A DNA stretch of 43,707 nt, from positions 1-43,707 of IMG/VR virus record IMGVR_UViG_3300033076_001308. One strand, written 5' to 3'. Below, in pieces: positions 25,963-36,492 of this stretch; the stretch's first letter is position 1; every line of letters starts with the position of its first letter. Both the position numbers and the translations under genes were made by a program. Source of the DNA: a virus (lineage: Duplodnaviria > Caudoviricetes). Under the pieces are notes generated by a model. That model saw nothing but the letters and a program-made list of their open reading frames with translations. It was not told the DNA's origin and searched no databases.

Positions 25963-26466
25963 ATGACCACCCTTGCCCTTCAGCCCATCCGCGTTGGCAC
26001 CGCCAGCGCCTCTACCCTCCACGCAGCCGACCTCGGTAAGACGATCTTCGTCGACGGCGCCGGGTACCGCCTCGTTCGCGCCAGCGCCAACATCACCGCC
26101 GCGGCCAACAAGGTCGTCATCTACACCGACACCGGCGCGGCCCAGACCGTGAACGTCACCACCACGGCCTCGGCTGTGGCCCTGGCTGGCGTCATCCCGG
26201 CTGGTCAGGTCGGCAGCACCGGCACCACGACCATCCTCTCTGGCGACTACTTCTACGTCCAGATTTCCGGCATCGCCACTCCGATCGTCACGGCCAGCGC
26301 CGTCGCGGCCGGCACCGGGCTGGCCACCAACACCACGTCCGGTGAAGGCGCGGCGGTCGACGCCACCTTCGCGGCCACGGAGTTCGGGGCCACCTACGCC
26401 GTCCTGCTCGTCGCGTCGTCCGGCACCAGCCAGCCGACCCGCGCCCGGCTCGTGAATCTGATCTGA
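25963..26466 (+). CDS. Capsid decoration/cement-like protein
   Basis: 167 aa, A/T/G-rich, YRLVRA...GDYFYVQISG; follows the capsid gene. Confidence 0.65.
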   Translation: MTTLALQPIRVGTASASTLHAADLGKTIFVDGAGYRLVRASANITAAANKVVIYTDTGAAQTVNVTTTASAVALAGVIPAGQVGSTGTTTILSGDYFYVQISGIATPIVTASAVAAGTGLATNTTSGEGAAVDATFAATEFGATYAVLLVASSGTSQPTRARLVNLI

Positions 26467-26502
26467 TCTGATCTCGCCGCTGCTGGCTCCCAGTGGCACA
26501 AC

Positions 26503-26538
26503 GGACCCTCGGTGGGCTTGCCCGCCGGGGGTCTTTTG
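26503..26538 (+). terminator. Rho-independent terminator overlapping the next promoter
   Basis: GACCCTCGGTGGG-CTTG-CCCGCCGGGGGTC-TTTT. Confidence 0.8.
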
Positions 26539-26544
26539 TAGGCT
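26518..26544 (+). promoter_or_regulatory. Putative late leaderless promoter
   Basis: TTGCCC-N15-TAGGCT-N6-ATG(26551). Confidence 0.65.
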
Positions 26545-26550
26545 GACGGC

Positions 26551-28038
26551 ATGTCCACCCCGGTTTACGTCCAGCGCGGGGCCACTTTCCGCGATACCTT
26601 CGTCTACCAGAACCCGGACGGAACCTTCGTCACCGGGCTGACGCAGGCCGCGTTCACGATCCGGTGCAGCCTCAACGGGGCGAACCGGGCGAACACCGGC
26701 ATCACGATCACCGAGGTGAACGCCGGGTCGAACCCGGGCGAGTACGCCCTGGTCCTCGACGGCACCACCGGGCCGGCTTCGGCGATCGGCTCCTACACCG
26801 TGACGGTCACGCGCACGTCGGACCCGCGGCGCACCTGGGAGCAGACCTACGTCGTCAACCTCGGTGGCGCCTCCAGCACCAGCGGCATCGCCTTCACCGC
26901 CACGGCGGCCAATGGCCGCGCCATGTTCAGCGGCAGCCCGTTGGCGAACGCCACGGTAGTCATCACCACCCCGTCTGGCGCCGTGCATGCCACCACCAGC
27001 ACCGACAGCCTCGGCCTCTGGGGTCCGGTGTACTTCGTGGCGGACGGCACCTACGGCGTCACGATCCAGCGGTCGGGGTACACCAGCGCCACCAGCACGA
27101 TCGTCGTCAGTGGCGGCGCCTCGGCGATCACCGGCCCTGGTGCCGACCTCACGCTGGCTGCCGCCACGGTGAACCCGCTGTCGGCCTCGGAACTGTGGGC
27201 CCACTTCACCCGGGCTGCCCGCGACGTGTCCGGCGGCAAGGCCGACATCGAGCGCAAGCAGGGCGTGCAGGACGCGCTCGACATGCTCTCGAAGGCGCGG
27301 ACTTGGCGATGGCTCCTGCGCCGCGGCTTCATCACGTTCAACGCCAGCGTGTCGACCACTGGCACGTTCAACGGCACGGCGGTCATCACCGGACTGGCCA
27401 GCGTCCCCACCTGGGCCGCGAACGGGAAGATCCTGGTGAACCAGCGGGTGTTTGATGTCCTGTCCCGCGACAGCGCCACGCAGGTCACGCTCGAAGGCCC
27501 GACCACCGGCATCTCGGGCACCGGCATTGCGGTCACGTTCTACCAGGACGAGTACGCCCTGCCGGACAACCTGCTCCAGTTCCACCAACTGATCCCTGGC
27601 CCGTGGTGGGGCTGGGGTGGCCAAGCCGTGGGCCCCGAGGTCTTCTACCAGCGGCAGTCGGCATGGGTGTATGGCCAGCAGTCGCCCAGCGCATGGTGCA
27701 TCCACCAGGGGCGCCTGTGCGTGGCCCCGTACCCGAACCAGTCGAACACGGTGCCCTACACCTACTACACGCGCCCGGCGGTGCTGGTGAGCGGAGCAGA
27801 TGTCGCCGACTGGGATCCGGCTCAGATCGAGGTTCTGCGCCGCGCCATTGAAGTGCAGGTCGCCTACCGCTACGGATCCTACTCCGGTGGCGATGCGGCC
27901 CAGGCTTTCAGCCGGTACCAGCAGGCCCTGAACGCGGCAGCCGCCACCGACCGCGCCCCGGTGGCCATGGGCACGGCGCTCGACATCGACCCCTTTGATG
28001 CCGTGCCCCGCACGGACTGGCGCCGGAGGACTACCTAA
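26551..28038 (+). CDS. Head-tail adaptor/tail tubular protein A-like, with N-terminal Ig-like domains
   Basis: C-terminal part (WRWLLR...DEYALPDN...GRLCVAPYPNQSNTVPYTYYTRP) typical of podoviral adaptors; N-terminal ~210 aa is beta-rich. Confidence 0.6.
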   Translation: MSTPVYVQRGATFRDTFVYQNPDGTFVTGLTQAAFTIRCSLNGANRANTGITITEVNAGSNPGEYALVLDGTTGPASAIGSYTVTVTRTSDPRRTWEQTYVVNLGGASSTSGIAFTATAANGRAMFSGSPLANATVVITTPSGAVHATTSTDSLGLWGPVYFVADGTYGVTIQRSGYTSATSTIVVSGGASAITGPGADLTLAAATVNPLSASELWAHFTRAARDVSGGKADIERKQGVQDALDMLSKARTWRWLLRRGFITFNASVSTTGTFNGTAVITGLASVPTWAANGKILVNQRVFDVLSRDSATQVTLEGPTTGISGTGIAVTFYQDEYALPDNLLQFHQLIPGPWWGWGGQAVGPEVFYQRQSAWVYGQQSPSAWCIHQGRLCVAPYPNQSNTVPYTYYTRPAVLVSGADVADWDPAQIEVLRRAIEVQVAYRYGSYSGGDAAQAFSRYQQALNAAAATDRAPVAMGTALDIDPFDAVPRTDWRRRTT

Positions 28039-30017
28039 TGCCCGCTGAATGGCCCGGTGTAGACCAGCGGTCGGCCCTCATCGGTGACGGCTGGGCTGAA
28101 CTCGACAACGTGTCCCACGTCGACGCCGGCGTGCTGCGCCGCCGCCCGGGCATCGGCATCCGGGTGGCAGCCGTTCCTGGGCAGGTGCTGGCCTCGTTTG
28201 GCGGGCGCATCGTCGCCCAGTCCGGTGGCAGCATCATCTCGGTCGACCCGTCGTCGGGCTCGACCACCACCCTGGCGTCAGGCCTGGGGTCGACGGCCGG
28301 ATGCTTCACGCGATACCTCGGCCGCATGTACTGGGCCCGTGGGGATGCGGCGTCGTTGGTCTTCGACACCGCAACCTCGACCTCGCGCACGCCGGGCATC
28401 ACCGCCCCTGGCACCGCGATCACCGGAACCGTCGCGTCCAGCGGCACTGGCACGGTCGGCGGACACATCTTCCGGTACCGCTACCGCAACTCGACCACTG
28501 GGTTCATCAGCAACCCCAGCCAAGCCCTCACCCTGGAGTTCACCAGCGGCAACCAGCAGGCCAACCTCACGGTGACGGCGTCGGCCACCCCCGGGGTCGA
28601 CCAGATCATCCTCGAAGTCACGGCGGCCAACGCCTCGGTGTTCTACCAAGCCTCGACGCACGCGAACGCCACGGCCTCGGTCAACTTCAACCAGCAGGAC
28701 GCGGTATTGACGGCCAAGATCCCGGCGGTGGTGTTCGGCGACGATGGGCACAACCCCATGCCGTCGCTCGACCTCATCACCGAGCATCGTAACCGCATCA
28801 TGGGCATCCAGCGGTCGTCGAAGTTGATCGGTTGGACGCGGCCGGGGTTCCCAGAATCGTGGGACCTGACGTCCTACGGACGCCGTCTGTCGATGATGGA
28901 CGACAGCAACGACACGGTGACGGCCATCGTGTCGTTCCTCGGCGACCTGTACCTCATGCAGCGGTTCGGCATGAGCCGCTTCTCATATGTCGATGATCCG
29001 GCGGCCGGCGTCGTCCTGGCGGTGCCCACCCAGGAAGGGTGCTGGAACCAGCGGTGCTTCATCCAGGTCGCCGACAACCTGTTCGGCTTCGGGCCGGCGG
29101 GCTGCTGGGCGATCAGCGCGATCAACCCCAAGCACATCAGCACGCCCATCGACCCCTGGCTCGAAGCCACGATGGACACGACGCAGAGCGACAAGTTCTT
29201 CGTCTGGTACAACTGGCGCGACCGCTCGGTGACGTTCGCCTTCGTGCGCCTGGGCGACACGGAGGTGAAGACCGCCGCGACGTACTCGCTGCGCACCGGG
29301 GCGTGGTCGACGCGCACCTACCGCCATTCCCTGCAGGGGGCGTGCGTGGCCTACAACGAGACGTTCGTGACCTCGACTACGCACCTGTGGCGCGAGCGCC
29401 CCGGCATGTTCGACGGCGTGACCACGGGAGCCAAGTACGCCGTGGCGGCTGGCAGCACCACCACGACCATCAATGTCACCTCGTCGGTCAGCGACTGCGT
29501 CGGGTCCATCCTCACCATCGGCGCCGAATCCCGAGTCATCACCGGGTACGGGGCCACGTCGATCACGGTCGGAACCGCGTTCTCGTCGGCCCCGGCGGCG
29601 GGCGTTGTGGCCCGGGTCGGCACCATCCCCATCCGCATCGTGAGCGACTGGCGCAGCCCAGGGCCCGGCGTGCGGGTGTCGAGCCTGTACGCCCTCCTGC
29701 AGGTGGAGCCCGCGGGCACCGGCGAGGCCCGGTTCTCGTCGGCCATCGACTTCCAGGGTGGCTACCAGACCTACACCGCCGATGGGGCCGATGTCTCCCC
29801 CAACGGCGTGCAGATCATTAACGGGTCGACCGAGGTGATCCTCGACCTGTCGCAGGCCGCCGGGAAGACCCACATCCCGATCCCGCTGCCGGCTGAGTGT
29901 GTCCGGTGCCTGACCATGACGCTTGTGATCGAAGACCCTATCGCCACGCTCGGCGTCATGTCCCTTGAACTCCTCGACCGTTCGGAGGCCCGCAAACTCG
30001 TCGGGGTCGGCGAATGA
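28038..30017 (+). CDS. Tail tubular protein B/nozzle-like protein
   Basis: 659 aa; LDNV...GVLRRRPG start, HRNRI...[10 protein letters not shown] and other propeller-like motifs. Confidence 0.7.
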   Translation: MPAEWPGVDQRSALIGDGWAELDNVSHVDAGVLRRRPGIGIRVAAVPGQVLASFGGRIVAQSGGSIISVDPSSGSTTTLASGLGSTAGCFTRYLGRMYWARGDAASLVFDTATSTSRTPGITAPGTAITGTVASSGTGTVGGHIFRYRYRNSTTGFISNPSQALTLEFTSGNQQANLTVTASATPGVDQIILEVTAANASVFYQASTHANATASVNFNQQDAVLTAKIPAVVFGDDGHNPMPSLDLITEHRNRIMGIQRSSKLIGWTRPGFPESWDLTSYGRRLSMMDDSNDTVTAIVSFLGDLYLMQRFGMSRFSYVDDPAAGVVLAVPTQEGCWNQRCFIQVADNLFGFGPAGCWAISAINPKHISTPIDPWLEATMDTTQSDKFFVWYNWRDRSVTFAFVRLGDTEVKTAATYSLRTGAWSTRTYRHSLQGACVAYNETFVTSTTHLWRERPGMFDGVTTGAKYAVAAGSTTTTINVTSSVSDCVGSILTIGAESRVITGYGATSITVGTAFSSAPAAGVVARVGTIPIRIVSDWRSPGPGVRVSSLYALLQVEPAGTGEARFSSAIDFQGGYQTYTADGADVSPNGVQIINGSTEVILDLSQAAGKTHIPIPLPAECVRCLTMTLVIEDPIATLGVMSLELLDRSEARKLVGVGE

Positions 30018-30904
30018 GCGACGGCACCGCATGGCGCAGCCTGAACGCGGCGTTTGACGAAGACGGCTTCGCCCTCGTCAAGCGCGACATTGAAACGCTG
30101 TTCATCAAGGCGAACGGATATGGCCAGGACCTGGGCAGTTCCCCGTCGTTCTCGTACAAGGTCGAAGCCCCCGCGGTATCGCCGCTTGACGTCTCGATCG
30201 GCGTGCCTGGGGCCGATGGGGCTAGCGCGACCATCGCCATTGGCACCACGACCACCGGGGCGCCGGGCTCGTCGGCCTCGGTGACAAACTCTGGCACCAC
30301 GCAGAACGCGGTGTTCAACTTCACGATCCCAGCCGGGGCCACTGGCGCCACGGGTCCGGCTGGGGCAGACGGGCCTGCAGGGCCGACTGGGCCTACGGGT
30401 CCAACCGGGCCGACTGGGCCTACGGGTCCAACCGGCCCCGCCGGCCCGGGCTTCACGGACGGGACCGCCATCGGTCAGACGAAAGCATGGGACGGTTCGG
30501 CCTGGGCCAACGTGGCCGCTGGAACCGCCTTGTCGGTGTTCGGGCGTGCATTGAGCGCAGACGGACAGCCGGCGGCCATCGTGGCGACCGCGGACAATCA
30601 AGTTCTTCGGCGCAACGGATCGACAATCGGTTGGGGGGCCGTGAATCTATCGTCTACCGTGGCCACTACGGGGGTGCTTCCAGTATCCCGCGGCGGAACC
30701 GGGATGAGTTCGCTTGCCACGGGGGCTATGATTTATGGCGACCCGGGCGGGGCTGAGATTGCGGTCCTGTCACGCCCCTCTACAGGCATCGGGCATCTCG
30801 TCTGCCGCTCAACCGGAAGCCCGTCCTGGTCCGCGATCACGTTTACCACCTCCACAGCAACTCCTACGGGGGGATCTGATGGGGCGATCCACGTTATTTA
30901 CTGA
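30014..30904 (+). CDS. Collagen-repeat tail fibre protein
   Basis: About 13 Gly-X-Y triplets ([21 protein letters not shown]...), [21 protein letters not shown] and [10 protein letters not shown] fibre motifs. Confidence 0.85.
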   Translation: MSDGTAWRSLNAAFDEDGFALVKRDIETLFIKANGYGQDLGSSPSFSYKVEAPAVSPLDVSIGVPGADGASATIAIGTTTTGAPGSSASVTNSGTTQNAVFNFTIPAGATGATGPAGADGPAGPTGPTGPTGPTGPTGPTGPAGPGFTDGTAIGQTKAWDGSAWANVAAGTALSVFGRALSADGQPAAIVATADNQVLRRNGSTIGWGAVNLSSTVATTGVLPVSRGGTGMSSLATGAMIYGDPGGAEIAVLSRPSTGIGHLVCRSTGSPSWSAITFTTSTATPTGGSDGAIHVIY

Positions 30905-31485
30905 TGTCGAACAAAGGTGTGTGGCTCAACGATGCCGGGACGTGGCGGCAGTCCAAACAGTTGTACCTGAACGACAACGGAGTTTGGCGTTTGGCCAAGG
31001 TTGTTTGGATGCAAGATGCTGGGGTATGGCGCCAAGTGTATCCGCCTCTGCTGGCCCCGTTCAACATAGTTATCACATGTCCTAATGCTTTACTGGTCGC
31101 AAATCGACTGGCTAGAGTTACGTTGTCGGGATTTACGATCGGTGGCAGCAGTAACGCTTTCGCCCAGGTTCAATACTCGAATATCGGCATAACCGCATCT
31201 TACGGGGGTACGCGAGGGTCGTACCTCGTTTTCGGTGGTACGGTGGCCCCAGCCTCAATGGTAGTTTTGGTCGATACCGCCCGCGCTGCTGGAGCATGGT
31301 CTGGGTGGCTAGATTTTGCGTTTTCGATTACGCTACGCTGCCAAGACCTGTCAGCGGGGGCGACGATCTCACTCACGATATATAACCAGAACTTTGATTT
31401 CATTGTTGGAACCGACATATTCAACCTCACTGACCTAGTTAAAACCGTTACCGTTGACCCCAACGGGCGGGTCGCCCTGTCCTAG
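30904..31485 (+). CDS. Tail-fibre-associated/receptor-binding candidate
   Basis: Three tandem xxxNDxGxWR repeats at the N-terminus; low GC. Confidence 0.65.
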   Translation: MSNKGVWLNDAGTWRQSKQLYLNDNGVWRLAKVVWMQDAGVWRQVYPPLLAPFNIVITCPNALLVANRLARVTLSGFTIGGSSNAFAQVQYSNIGITASYGGTRGSYLVFGGTVAPASMVVLVDTARAAGAWSGWLDFAFSITLRCQDLSAGATISLTIYNQNFDFIVGTDIFNLTDLVKTVTVDPNGRVALS

Positions 31486-31512
31486 CCCAAGGTTCGCGGC
31501 TACTGGCCGGAC

Positions 31513-31539
31513 TTGCCCAGCCCGTAGCCCTGGTAGCCT
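31513..31539 (+). promoter_or_regulatory. Putative late promoter
   Basis: TTGCCC-N15-TAGCCT-N9-ATG(31549). Confidence 0.6.
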
Positions 31540-31548
31540 GCGGGCACT

Positions 31549-32970
31549 ATGGCGACCCCTTCTTGGCGTGACCGCTTTACCAATACCGGAGCGATGACGA
31601 CGTTGGATAGCAACATCGTCGACGAATTGCAGCGGCGCGGGTTTACCTTCAAGGATGGGCGGTGGCAGCGTCCTTATGGCAGCACCGGGGTCGAATCCGT
31701 AACGGATCCGGTAAGGTGGTATGAGGACATTCAGGCCCCTGCCAAAGAGGAGGCCGAGAAGAAAGCCCTGCAGGACAAGTTCGAGGCCAACACCATCGGC
31801 CGCGGCGAGGCGATCCTCAAAGATCCCACCGTCGCGGCTGCGATGGACCGGCTCACCGCGTACCAGGGCGATGTCGGACAGGTGCGCGACCGCCTGTCCG
31901 GCGCTTGGACCGGGGCCGACGCCACCAACACCGCGGCCATTGCACAGAACCAGTCGATCCTCGACGAGTACCGCGGCAAGGCCCTCGAGCGCCCCATGTA
32001 CCGGGGCGACACCATCCTCAACGATACGACCTCGAAGGCCGCGCTCGACCGGCTGCTGGCTATCTCCGGCGGCGAAGGCCTCTCGGGCGACGGTGGTGTG
32101 TCGTCGATGTTCACCGATCAGACCGCTGCCAACGCCGCGGCCCAGGCCGACCGCCTGCGGCAGCAGGCGCAGTTGTCCGGCATGACGATGGACGACCCCG
32201 CGTTCCAGTCGAAACTCACCGGGATCGAGACGCAGCGCCAACAGGCCAACAACGCCGCCCGCGCCCAGGTCGAGGCCGGCAACGCCCCGATCCGCGCCAG
32301 TGCGGCCGCGCAGGTCGCCCAGCAGCGGCTCGCCCAGACCCTGGCCGCGCAGCAGGCCGACATGAACTGGGCCTCGCAGGTGAACAACCAGGAGCAGGGC
32401 CGTGCCGCGCAGTTGGCGAACATGGGTGGCAACATCTTCAACCAGGGCCTGCAGGCCCAGGGCCAGGGCATGAACTACGCCCAGGCCATGAACCAGTCCA
32501 CCGCGCAGCAGGCTCAGATGGCGCTCGGCCAGGGTCAGATGCGCCTCGGCCAGCAGGCCGCCGCCAGCCCGCACTACCAGCAGGCCGCCGCCGCGTTCGC
32601 CCAGGCGCAGTTCAGCAAGAACGCGGGGGCAGCGGGCTACGCCACGCCCCCAATGGTGCAGGCGTCCCAGCCCGTCCAGGCCGCGCAGATGCAGGCGAAT
32701 CCCAGCGCATGGCGGCAGACGCCGTCCATTGGCTGGGGCCCGGCCCAGGACCTGAACTCCGGCAACACCGAGGCGAACCGCTCCGGGTTTAACACCAAGC
32801 CGGCAACCCCGGCGAAGCCGGCCGCCTCCCAGGCGCAGGCTGGAACCCCGCACGACGCCGCGACGATGGGCGCCTGGGCCGCCCAGCAGACCGCCACCCC
32901 GCACGACGCCGCCACCATGGAAGCCTGGGCCGCCCGGCAGCCGAAAGCCAAACCCGGAAAGGTAATCTGA
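31549..32970 (+). CDS. Internal virion/ejection protein (Q/A-rich)
   Basis: 473 aa helical Q/A/N-rich; position after the tail genes. Confidence 0.65.
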   Translation: MATPSWRDRFTNTGAMTTLDSNIVDELQRRGFTFKDGRWQRPYGSTGVESVTDPVRWYEDIQAPAKEEAEKKALQDKFEANTIGRGEAILKDPTVAAAMDRLTAYQGDVGQVRDRLSGAWTGADATNTAAIAQNQSILDEYRGKALERPMYRGDTILNDTTSKAALDRLLAISGGEGLSGDGGVSSMFTDQTAANAAAQADRLRQQAQLSGMTMDDPAFQSKLTGIETQRQQANNAARAQVEAGNAPIRASAAAQVAQQRLAQTLAAQQADMNWASQVNNQEQGRAAQLANMGGNIFNQGLQAQGQGMNYAQAMNQSTAQQAQMALGQGQMRLGQQAAASPHYQQAAAAFAQAQFSKNAGAAGYATPPMVQASQPVQAAQMQANPSAWRQTPSIGWGPAQDLNSGNTEANRSGFNTKPATPAKPAASQAQAGTPHDAATMGAWAAQQTATPHDAATMEAWAARQPKAKPGKVI

Positions 32971-32971
32971 C

Positions 32972-33859
32972 ATGCAACGTGTCTCTGGCCTCTATGGCAA
33001 CGGGGTTCTCATGGAGGACCCCACCGACCGCGCCGCCGCGGCGAACCAGCGTATGGCCACCGACATCTGGTCGGCCAAGCAGGGCTACGAGTGGGGCAAG
33101 GAAGCCCGCGGGCAGGCGAGCCAGGAGGCGATGGCCCGCCTCGCGCTCCTGCGCGAGCAGATGGGCCAGCAGGCCGACCTCACCCGCGAGGGATGGGGCC
33201 GCGAAGACGCCCGCAGCAAGTCCTACTACGACTACCTGTCCGGCCGCGACAAGACGCTCGACGCCCGCATGGCCCAGCAGCGCCAATGGATGCTCGAGGA
33301 CGAGACGCGCCAGCGCGGCTACGACGCTCCGCGCATCGACCTGGAAACCCAACGCCTCAAGGCCGAGATGGAACTGTTCGGGCTGCAGTTGGCGAAAGCC
33401 CGCAAAGACGCCACCCGGGCGAATAGCGTGGATGTCACGCCACCGATCCCGGTGGAGAACATGACCCCCGAGGAGCGGGCGCGGTACAACGCCAACATCG
33501 CCGGTGGCGCCGATCCGTACTCGGCGGGGGCCTCGATCGTGCAGGAACGCCGCACGAACATCCTGGCCGACGATGTCGGATCCCTGGCCCGCAGCGACCT
33601 CGCGGACAAGGACACGGAGCGGTCGTACCTCAACCCGATGCGGTACCTCGACGGCAAGACCGACCAGGAAGCCGCCAACGACGTCGTCCAGCCGTTCATC
33701 GAGCGTGGCGGGGCGATGCTTCGCCAGTTGATCTCCTCCGGCGTGCCGCAGTTGCAGGCGAAGCAGATGGTGCGCAAGCGCCTCGAGGAAATGCTCGGCC
33801 CCCCGACTGACGACAACAAGGGGGCCCACCGTCTCGTGTACCAAACCTTGGGACTCTGA
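32972..33859 (+). CDS. Putative internal virion protein
   Basis: 295 aa helical ORF in the ejection cluster. Confidence 0.6.
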   Translation: MQRVSGLYGNGVLMEDPTDRAAAANQRMATDIWSAKQGYEWGKEARGQASQEAMARLALLREQMGQQADLTREGWGREDARSKSYYDYLSGRDKTLDARMAQQRQWMLEDETRQRGYDAPRIDLETQRLKAEMELFGLQLAKARKDATRANSVDVTPPIPVENMTPEERARYNANIAGGADPYSAGASIVQERRTNILADDVGSLARSDLADKDTERSYLNPMRYLDGKTDQEAANDVVQPFIERGGAMLRQLISSGVPQLQAKQMVRKRLEEMLGPPTDDNKGAHRLVYQTLGL

Positions 33860-33862
33860 TCC

Positions 33863-34789
33863 ATGCTTCCTGCCATCATCGGCGGCGCCACTGCCGCGGC
33901 TTCTCTGTACGGGCTCATCTCCGAACTGGCGAAAGCCGGGCGCGAGGTGTCGCCAGAGGAACTGGCTGGCGAGGTCGAGCGCCGGGCCATGGCCGTCACG
34001 CAGCAATCGGGGCTGCCGCTCGAGTCAGCCAAGGCCGCGGTCCTGGAGTCGACGAAGGCCGACCTGGAGAAGGCCAACGATGTCGATGGCCTTAGCATCC
34101 TGTTCAGCGCAATCGGGCTGCTCCCTGGTGTAGGCCTCGCTCGGTGGGCCCTGGCCGGGGCCAAGTCCGGCGCCGGGGCTATGGCCGGGCTGAAAGCCGC
34201 AGACGACCGCATCTTCCTGGCTAAAGGCCCTGTGAACGCCGCGTCAATCAACAAGACCTACACCCCGAAAGCCCCCGCGGCCCCCGGCGGGTCCGCGGCG
34301 GCCGCGACTGAGACGCCCATGGACATGTCGGCGGAAGCCGTGGCCCGCCGGGCCCGCAACACCCCGTTCGACGAGCAGGCTGCTGAGTACGTCACCCCCA
34401 GCGTCGACGAGATGCTGGGCGCCCCGGTGGCCAAGGCCAAGCGGGCTCCGCGCAAAGCCCCGGCGGGCGTGCGCCTGCCGGCGGCCAAGGCCGGCGAGGA
34501 GGCTGCCGAGGTCGCCAATCCGGCTCGCCGCGCCGCCCACGGCGCCGAGGAGGCGGGCGAGTACACGGCAGCCGACGCCGTCGCAGCCCTGAATAAGCCG
34601 ATGGGCAGCGTCGACGACGAGGTCGCTGCGTTCGAGAAGGCTTTGGCGGGCGCCCCGGCGGCGCAGCCGAAGGCCATGTCATCCGACGACCTCGTAGAGG
34701 CCGCGATGGCCGCCCGCGGCGGCAAGGTCGTCGGCGGGCGCAGCACGTCCGCAGCCCGGCAGGCGTTCATGGAGGCCCTGACCAAATGA
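33863..34789 (+). CDS. Putative internal virion protein with hydrophobic Gly-rich segments
   Basis: MLPAIIGGATAAASLYG start and LSILFSAIGLLPGVGL segment. Confidence 0.6.
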   Translation: MLPAIIGGATAAASLYGLISELAKAGREVSPEELAGEVERRAMAVTQQSGLPLESAKAAVLESTKADLEKANDVDGLSILFSAIGLLPGVGLARWALAGAKSGAGAMAGLKAADDRIFLAKGPVNAASINKTYTPKAPAAPGGSAAAATETPMDMSAEAVARRARNTPFDEQAAEYVTPSVDEMLGAPVAKAKRAPRKAPAGVRLPAAKAGEEAAEVANPARRAAHGAEEAGEYTAADAVAALNKPMGSVDDEVAAFEKALAGAPAAQPKAMSSDDLVEAAMAARGGKVVGGRSTSAARQAFMEALTK

Positions 34790-36483
34790 CCCCGCAACTG
34801 CTCGCCGCCGGCAAGGCGCTTCGCGCCACCCTGCTCGAACTCGCAACCGTCCAGCGGAAGGCCGCCGTCCGTCCGGCCGAGGAACTGGTCGCCAAGGCCC
34901 GCGAACTGACTGCCCAGGCCCGGCAGCAGACGATGGCCATGCGCGACGTCGTGCCTCCCGGCATGGACTTCGAAGACGACGTTCTCGGGGCCATCGCCGA
35001 CACGATCCCCGGAGGGCTGCAGCCCACCACCCTGGCCCGCATCACGAGCCCCGAGGCCAGCCGCGGGGCCGCCGGCCTGTTGTCGTTCGACAAGTCCGGG
35101 GCGACCAAGGCGTTCAAGACCCAGATGCGCCGCGGGCAGGTGTTCGACGACGACATGACCCCGGGGTACCCTGGGCCCAGCACGGTCAAAACCCTGGGCG
35201 AGCGGGAAGCCGACTTGCTCACCACCAGCACCAAGATCAACGACGGTGACGGGCCGCAGGGTATCGCCGGGCTGGCGCTCGAAGCCGAGACGCTGCGCAT
35301 GGTCCTGCCGAACATGCCACCCGAGCAGCGCAAGGCCACCGTCGCCCGTCTCGCCGAGATCGACCAGAAGATCCAGTCGACGATGAGCGGAGCCCGCGGG
35401 GCGGTCGGCGGCGGAACCCGCGCCGAGCGTTTGCCCTATGAGGGGCCGCCGGACACGTTGCGCCAGGAGATCGACGACCCCCGCGGCGGTGGGAGCCTTA
35501 CGTCCGAGCGCCCGATGACCGAGGTGCGTGGGGAGTCCAGCCGCCGCGATGTCGGCGGTGAGATGGGCCTGGAGCAGGTGGACCTCGAAGGTGCCAAGTC
35601 CCGCCAGGACCGGCTGGGCAAGAACTTCGGCAACCGCACCGCGCTGTTCACCCAGGGCAACGTGCCGGTGGTTCCGCGCATCGCCGGCAAGCGCACGTCG
35701 CAAGTCGTCGATGAGAAGGGCGGCATCAGCACCGTCGAGACGCCGATCATCGAGAAGCGTGAAATGTCAGCCGATGACTTCCTCAAGTTGTTCGTCGGCA
35801 AAGACGCCCCGGGCGGGAACAAGTCGTACCTCGACGCTCCGTTCCAGGGCCCGTCCCTGCCCCCCGCCGATCGCAGCATCCGGTCCCGTGAGGTGGCTGA
35901 GTTGGTGCCGGAAAGCACCGGACGCCCGGTGCCCGCCGCGGTGCAGGCCCGCCGCGAGAAGATGGGGCTGCCCCCGTTGGAAGGCCGAACCTCCCGCGGG
36001 CAACGTCGCGTGGTATCCACGGCCCCCGACTACGATGTCCCGGTGGATCCGGCGACCATGGCCCTGCGCACGGAAAGCGACCCCGACACCGGGCTGCCCC
36101 TCGTCCGGGCGGTGTACCCCACCAAGACGAAGGATGTCAGCGGGGCGGATGACCTGCTAGTTTCTGCCCTGGGCGGTGGCCCCCAGCGCCCGCTGCCCGC
36201 GGTGAAGGACTGGAACGCCCTGTCGGGGCGCGACTACATCCAACAGGTTGAGGATCTTGGCGGCCCGGCCGGGCAGAACGACATCGTGTCCGAGACGCTG
36301 GCCAACCTCGGCCGCGACGTAGCCGGCCCGCGGCGGTCGGTGGACGACCTGCTTCGTGCTGCCCAGGGCGAGTCGGTGACGGCGCGGGATCTGGCCACGC
36401 AGTACGAGATGGACCCACGCATGCACCGCCTGTTCAACGAGGATCCTGCCGCGGCTATGTTGCGGATGTTCGCCCCGCAGTAG
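34786..36483 (+). CDS. Putative internal virion protein
   Basis: 565 aa, ATGA-coupled. Confidence 0.6.
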   Translation: MTPQLLAAGKALRATLLELATVQRKAAVRPAEELVAKARELTAQARQQTMAMRDVVPPGMDFEDDVLGAIADTIPGGLQPTTLARITSPEASRGAAGLLSFDKSGATKAFKTQMRRGQVFDDDMTPGYPGPSTVKTLGEREADLLTTSTKINDGDGPQGIAGLALEAETLRMVLPNMPPEQRKATVARLAEIDQKIQSTMSGARGAVGGGTRAERLPYEGPPDTLRQEIDDPRGGGSLTSERPMTEVRGESSRRDVGGEMGLEQVDLEGAKSRQDRLGKNFGNRTALFTQGNVPVVPRIAGKRTSQVVDEKGGISTVETPIIEKREMSADDFLKLFVGKDAPGGNKSYLDAPFQGPSLPPADRSIRSREVAELVPESTGRPVPAAVQARREKMGLPPLEGRTSRGQRRVVSTAPDYDVPVDPATMALRTESDPDTGLPLVRAVYPTKTKDVSGADDLLVSALGGGPQRPLPAVKDWNALSGRDYIQQVEDLGGPAGQNDIVSETLANLGRDVAGPRRSVDDLLRAAQGESVTARDLATQYEMDPRMHRLFNEDPAAAMLRMFAPQ

Positions 36484-36486
36484 CCT
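36460..36486 (+). promoter_or_regulatory. Putative late leaderless promoter
   Basis: TTGCGG-N15-TAGCCT-N6-ATG(36493); the TAG is also the upstream stop codon. Confidence 0.6.
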
Positions 36487-36492
36487 GCCGGC

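Noticed and set aside
26456-26474. (ATCTG)n microrepeat resembling the start of the palindrome motif
   Set aside because: Lacks the AAGTGC half; most likely slippage around the stop codon.
30380-30433. 27-bp tandem DNA repeat
   Set aside because: Simply encodes the GPT collagen triplets.
30014-31485. Diversity-generating retroelement or invertible fibre cassette
   Set aside because: No reverse transcriptase, template/variable repeat pair or invertase seen.
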